Shown here: in pieces, positions 58,391 to 64,000 of the stretch
Layout of the letters: every line of letters begins with the position of its first letter
Position numbering within the stretch: the first letter of the stretch is position 1
The notes under the pieces: model-generated
Databases searched by the model: none
Told to the model about the DNA's origin: nothing
The model's input: only the letters and a program-made list of their open reading frames with translations
Assembly (NCBI RefSeq): GCF_009914755.1
Contig: NC_060948.1
Length of the DNA: 64,000 bases
Reading direction: 5' to 3' (one strand)
Source: the human T2T-CHM13v2.0 reference genome, Homo sapiens
Position numbers and translations under genes: made by a program

Positions 58391-59232
58391 ATCATTTTCC
58401 AAATTATTTACAAAGTGTTTCTCTTACATTAATAACATAAAGTACTATTTTAGAAAGACTGACTTTGAAAATAACATAGATAAAGCACTAAATGTGAACA
58501 TCAGAAGAACAGGTTAAAAAATGCTGGAATATTCTTCAGGATTAGGGAAATTGAGATTTTTTTAATAAAATGATATTTAAATCTTAATAATAGAATGGCT
58601 GTACTTTTGTTTGGAGTATTTAAATCTTCTCATTTAAAACCAGTTCTGCACAGAAGTTTTACAGAGATGCTAATTGTTGTATGAAATGGAATATTATTCT
58701 GGCATTTTGAGGAAGGGTAGACATAGAGAAGAGAAAGGAAACTCGCAGTCCACCTAGGTTTTATTTGGGCTTCTTTGTGTGTGTGTGTGTCCAAGCCACA
58801 AGCTGGGTTTATTCTTGAATAAACATTAGCCAAATTGTTTTTCCTGAACCGTCTATTACCTGCATGTACATAGACCATGGTTGTGTTCAAACTAGATAAT
58901 CAAGATGACTTGTTTTGTTTTAGAGACATTTAGTTAGTTGTAATTACATGGACAAATAAAGCAGCAGTTTATCAAAAAAGAAAGAAAGGATTAAAAAATT
59001 ATGCATAGGAAAGGCAGTATGTAATTTCTGCCTTTCTGTTTCTGGGGTGAGGCTGTGCTAAATAAGATTAATTTAAAATTGGGATTTGGCAAGTAATTTC
59101 TATCAAAATCTCAGCAGGAGGTTTTGTTGCAACTAACAAGCTGATGTGGAAATTTGCATGGAAAGTCAAAGGACCTAGAACAAGCAAAAAGACCTTGGAA
59201 TAGGGGAAGAAAGTTGGAGGGCTTTCATTTAC

Positions 59233-60445
59233 CATATGCAGAAACCTGAAACCGGACCCTTTCCTTACACCTTACACAAAAATTAACTCAAGATGGATTA
59301 AACACTTAAGACCTAAAACCATAAAAACCCTAGAAGAAAACCTAAGCAATACCATTTAGGACATAGGCATGGGCAAACGCTTCATGACTAGAACACCAAA
59401 AGCATTGGCAACAAAAGCCAAAACAGACAAATGGGATCCTATTAAACTAAAGATCTTCTGCACAGCAAAAGAAACTAGCATCAGAGTGAACAGGCAATCT
59501 ACAGAATGGAAGAAAAAGTTTGCAACTTATCTAACTGACAAAGGACTAATAACCAGAATCTACAAAGAACTTAAACAGATTTACAAGAAAAAAACAAGCT
59601 CATCAAAAAGTGGGTGAAGTATATGAACAGACACTTCTCAAAAGAAGACATTTATGCAGCCAACAAGCATATGAAATAAAGCTCATCATCAGTGGTCATT
59701 ACAGAAATGCAAATCAAAACCATAATGAGATACCATCTTATGCCCCGTTAGAATGACAATCATTAAAAACTCAGAAAACAACAGATGCTGGAGAGGATGT
59801 GGAGAAATAGGAATGCTTTTACACTGTTGGTGGGAGTGTAAATTAGTTCTACCATTGTGGAAGACAGTGTGGCAATTCCTCAAGGATCTGGAACTAGAAA
59901 TACCATTTGACCTAGAAATCCCATTGGGTATTTACCCAAGTCTCTTTGGGTATATACTCAAATGATTATAAATTATTGTACTATAAAGACATGACTATGT
60001 ATGTTTATTGTAGCACTATTCACAATAGCAACAACTCGTAAGCAACCCAAATGCCCATCAATGATAAACTGGATAACAAAATGTGGTACATATCTACCGC
60101 GGAATACTATGCAGCCATAAAAAAGGACGTCCTTTGCAGGCACATGGATGAAGTTGGAAACCATCATTCTCAGCAAACTAACACAAGAACAGAAAACCAA
60201 ACACCACATGTTTTCACTCATAAGTGGGAGTTGAACAGGAGAAAACATGGACACAGGGAGGGGAAAGTCACACACCCGGGCCTGTCATGGAGTGGAAGGG
60301 TAGGAGACGGATGGCATTAGGAGAAATTCCTAATGTAGATGCCGGGCTGATGAGTGCAGGAAACCACAATGGCACATGTATACCTATGTAACAAACCTGC
60401 ACGTTCTGCACATGCACCTCAGAACTGAAAGTATAATTTTTTTTT
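59233..60445 (+). mobile_element. 5'-truncated L1PA7/PA8-like element (~1.2 kb)
   Basis: catatgcagaaa..tgaaaccggaccc...aacagatgctggagaggatgtggag...acctatgtaacaaacctgcacgttctgcacatg. Confidence 0.88.
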
Positions 60446-60532
60446 AAATAAAGGTACTATAAAGCTATAGTAATTGAGATAGTAGGCAACTCATTTGGGT
60501 ATAAGTTTGGATTAATGATATATAATTAATTA

Positions 60533-60965
60533 CAGTTGGCCCTTGAACAACACAAGGTTTAGAACCCCTGCACAGTCGAATATTCACTTTTAACTTTTTA
60601 CTCCCTCAATACTTAACAACTAATAGCCTACTGTTGACTGGAATACTTACCAATAACATAAACAGCTAATTAACACATCTTTTGTATGTTATATATACAA
60701 TATGCTGTATTCTCCAAATAAACTAAGTTAGAGAAAAGAAAATGATATTAAGAAAATCATAAATAAGAGAAAATGCATTTACCACTCATTAAATAGAAGT
60801 GGATCTTTTTGAAAGTCCTCATCCTCATCTTCATATTTAGTAAGCTAAGGAGGAGGAAGGAGAGAAGAGGTTGGTCTTTCTGTTTCAGGGATGGGTGGTA
60901 GAGATGGAAGAAAAAGGTAGATCTGCACAGCACAGTTCAGACCTATGTAGTTCAACAGTCAATTA
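60533..60965 (+). mobile_element. Tigger2a (MER28)-type DNA transposon
   Basis: TIRs cagttggcccttgaacaac / gtagttcaacagtcaatt with TA flanks; taatagcctactgttgactgga internal motif. Confidence 0.85.
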
Positions 60966-61622
60966 TAAACAGTTTAGAAATCAATCCTTCAATTTATAGT
61001 CAACAAGTTTTTTTAAATGCTGCGAAAACAATTAAAGGAGGCAAGGATAGTCTTCTCAATAAATGGCACTGAGACAATTGGTTATTCATATGTAAAAAGA
61101 TGGATTTCAACCCTTAACACTTATTATACCCAAAAATTTACTCAAAATGAATGACAGATGAAAATGTAAGAATTAAAATTCTTAAACTTTTAGGAAACAT
61201 CAACAACACAGGACAATGTCTTCAGGGCCATGGATTGGGAAAGATTTCATAAATGTGACTTCAAAAATACAGTAGTTAAAAGAATTGATCAGTTGAACCT
61301 CAAAAGGACAATCCTTTAATGAAAAGTATTGATCAGTTTAAAGTCATCAAAATGAAAAACTTTTGCATTTTGAAAGTTATCACTGAGAAAACCAAAAGAC
61401 AAGCCATAAACTGGGAGAGGAGATTGGCTAACTATATTCCTGATAAAAGATTTTTATCTCCAAAATGTGTAAAACAAAACAAAACACTATTCAGTAATAA
61501 GACACAAATTATTTTTTAATTGGCAAAAATATATTATTAGACGTTTCACCAAAGAGAGTATACATGAGAAGATACTTAATATCATTAGTTATTAGACATT
61601 AGCTACATTAAAACTACAATGA

Positions 61623-62240
61623 GGTCAGGTGTGGTGGCTTATGCCTGTAATTCCAGCACATTGGGACGCCAAAATGAGTGGATTGTTTGAGGCCAGGAGT
61701 TTCACACCATCCCGGACAATAGGGAAAGATCCCATGTCTACCAAAATACAAAAATTAACCAGGGGCGGCCGGGCGCTGTGGCTCACGCCTGTAATCCCAG
61801 CACTTTGGGAGGCCGAGGCGGGCGGATCACGAGGTCAGGAGATAGAGACCATCCTGGCTAATACGGTGAAACCCCGTCTCTACTAAAAATACAAAAAAAT
61901 TAGCCGGTCATGGTGGAGGGCACCTGTAGTCCCAGCTACTCTGGAGGCTGAGGCAGGAGAATGGCGTGAACTCAGGAGGCGGAGCTGGCAGTGAGTAGAG
62001 ATCTCGCCACTGCACTCCAGACTGGGCGACAGAGCGAGACTCCCTATGGAAAAAAAAAATTAGCCAGAAGTAGTGGTGAAGGCCTGGAGTCCCAGCTACT
62101 TGAGAGGCTGAGGCACGAGAATTGCTTAAACCCATGAGGTGGATGGAGGTTGTAGTGAGCCGAGATCACACCACTGCCCACCAGTCTGGCTAACAAAGTG
62201 AGACTCTATCTCAAAAAATAAAAACAAACAAACAAAAAAA
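61623..62240 (+). mobile_element. Older Alu split at its linker by AluY
   Basis: Left arm ~61623-61765, right arm ~62059-62240; outer TSD-like actacaatga / cctacagtga. Confidence 0.85.
61767..62058 (+). mobile_element. AluY (CpG-rich, young)
   Basis: ggccgggcgc...gggcggatcacgaggtcaggagat.gagaccatcctggcta...gaatggcgtgaac; TSD-like aaaaattaaccag / aaaaattagccag. Confidence 0.95.
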
Positions 62241-64000
62241 CCCTACAGTGAGACACAATTTTACACCCATTAGTATGGCTATAACAACAACAACAAAAAA
62301 GATATTAGCAAGTGTTGTCTAGGTAATAGAAAAAATAGAGACCCTTTATATCACCATTGGTGAGAATGCCAACTATTACAGCTAATTTGGAAAATAATCG
62401 GCCAATTTCTTAAAACAAAAACATTAAACATAAATTTGCCTTATGAAACAGCAATTTCAGCCCTAGATATGTATGCAAAGAGATGAAAATATATGTCCAT
62501 GCAAAAAATGGTACACAGGTACACAAATAATTGTTCATAGCAGCATTATTAATAATAATCAACAAGTAGAAATAGACCAAATGTCACTAAAAAATAAATG
62601 GATTTAAAAGATGTGGTATACCCATACAATGGAAAATAATTTAGCCCTAAAAAAGTATTGATGCATGGTACAATATGGACGGACATTGAAAATATTATGT
62701 AAAGTAAAAGAAGCCAGACACAAAAGACTACATATTATATGAGTTCATTTATATGAAATGCCTAGAAAAAGACAAATCTTACAAAGACAGAAAGTGGATC
62801 AGCAAGGCTGTCACTCCCACGCACTCAGCCAGGTCTGATTTTAAAGGATATTAAGCCCCATTAAATGGAAATTAAGTTTTGTTTGATGTATGGAAACAGC
62901 AATATCAAGTCTTGGTTTCAAAATATGTTTAACCTCTTTTGAGTTATGTAGAACTGGAAAATGTTTTTCACTCGCAAGTATTGGACATAACAGTATTTCC
63001 CCTCTGCCTTAATCCACTTATCCTAGAACCCTATAGGAAGGCAAAGACTGTTTTAATTGAGCGACACAGTTAAAGTTATTGATAGTGGGGTATGCACACA
63101 TGGGCTACATCTGTCTATGAAAAGGAAACAATGGAGCCAATTTTTTAAGTAATTCAAGCAAAATTAAATGTTCACACCTTTTAAATCTGGAAGCTATAAA
63201 AAGCAAAATGGTGCTCTGTACACAAAGAGCATAGCCTAGTTTTTGCTATCCTTAAGCCTCTTCCTGCATTTTGCCTATATTAAATTTCCTATGCAGATAT
63301 TATTGAGGTGATCAGGTAGGTGACTTCAATTTTTATTTTCTATAACAAATTCAAATTCAATAACTTTCAAGTAATATTTAATAACTATTTTAAACACAGA
63401 AGACATAGTCTATAATATTTTGTCCTGACTTAAATACTTATTGCAAGTAGTAGATGTTAATACAAGAAAACAATACTGAATAATGGGTAGTTGTTCTTTA
63501 AACATGGAGTAGAGGTAAATCTTAGTGATTTAGGGACATTTCTAATTTTTAGAGATTGTGCAATTTTAAGTTTCTAATGCATGCAATTAATGTCAATTTT
63601 CTGATATTTTGATTAAAGTCCTCCCATGTTTGCTGTATGTGCTTTTGCTTGCCTTATGAAAATTTCTAACCATAGTGTATCAGTAACATTTCAAAAATGT
63701 ATTTAAATTATAATATGTTCAAATCAAAGTACTGTCAAATATGCCATATGCATTTCTTTTAAGAATGTGGGAAATACCTTTAATAATTTTATTTTCTCTT
63801 TTTTTAAAACTCACATTAGCATTTTTTTGCAGTAGCATCATTTTAACCCCCAACTGCATATCCACAGTATAGCTAATATTTTTTACAAGTAACATTTTGA
63901 ATTTGTTCTTCTTGACATCTTTATGTTTATATGCATTTTGCATTTCCCTATCTCATTTTTTTGAAACCAAATGTAACCAATTTCAAGTTTTTGTGTTACA

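Larger units (their letters stand above)
59085..62810 (+). mobile_element. L1MB-like element (ORF2 3' half to 3' UTR) hosting L1PA7/8, Tigger2a and nested Alus
   Basis: tatcaaaatctcagcagg...aaagttggagg; tagtcttctcaataaatgg; aaagacaagccataaactgggag; aagaagccagacacaaaagactacata. Confidence 0.75.

Noticed and set aside
61767-62058. CpG island or promoter
   Set aside because: The CpG richness is confined to a young AluY.

Overview
This is primate, human-like genomic DNA: AT-rich, CpG-depleted, and dominated by Alu, L1, L2/MIR, MaLR LTR and MER/Tigger elements plus microsatellites. I find no supportable protein-coding gene, RNA gene or CRISPR array. The only long ORF (17125-18627) is a read-through from an AluY tail into the C-terminal ~470 aa of an L1PA2 ORF2. 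The other ORFs are repeat-derived or short ORFs I cannot assign. I do not see a new gene system. The best non-obvious signals are structural. (1) About 12-13 independent MaLR LTRs all lie on the minus strand, suggesting a present or ancestral long intron transcribed on +; a candidate recursive splice motif at ~38480 fits that direction. (2) At least five short segments are local copies of DNA 0.4-1.5 kb away (one inverted), with many templated micro-duplications at junctions, suggesting recurring templated repair. (3) An AluY-L1PA2 composite carries a probable short 3' transduction. Subfamily calls and boundaries were made by eye from remembered consensus sequences and are approximate (roughly +/-10-30 bp, more for old elements).
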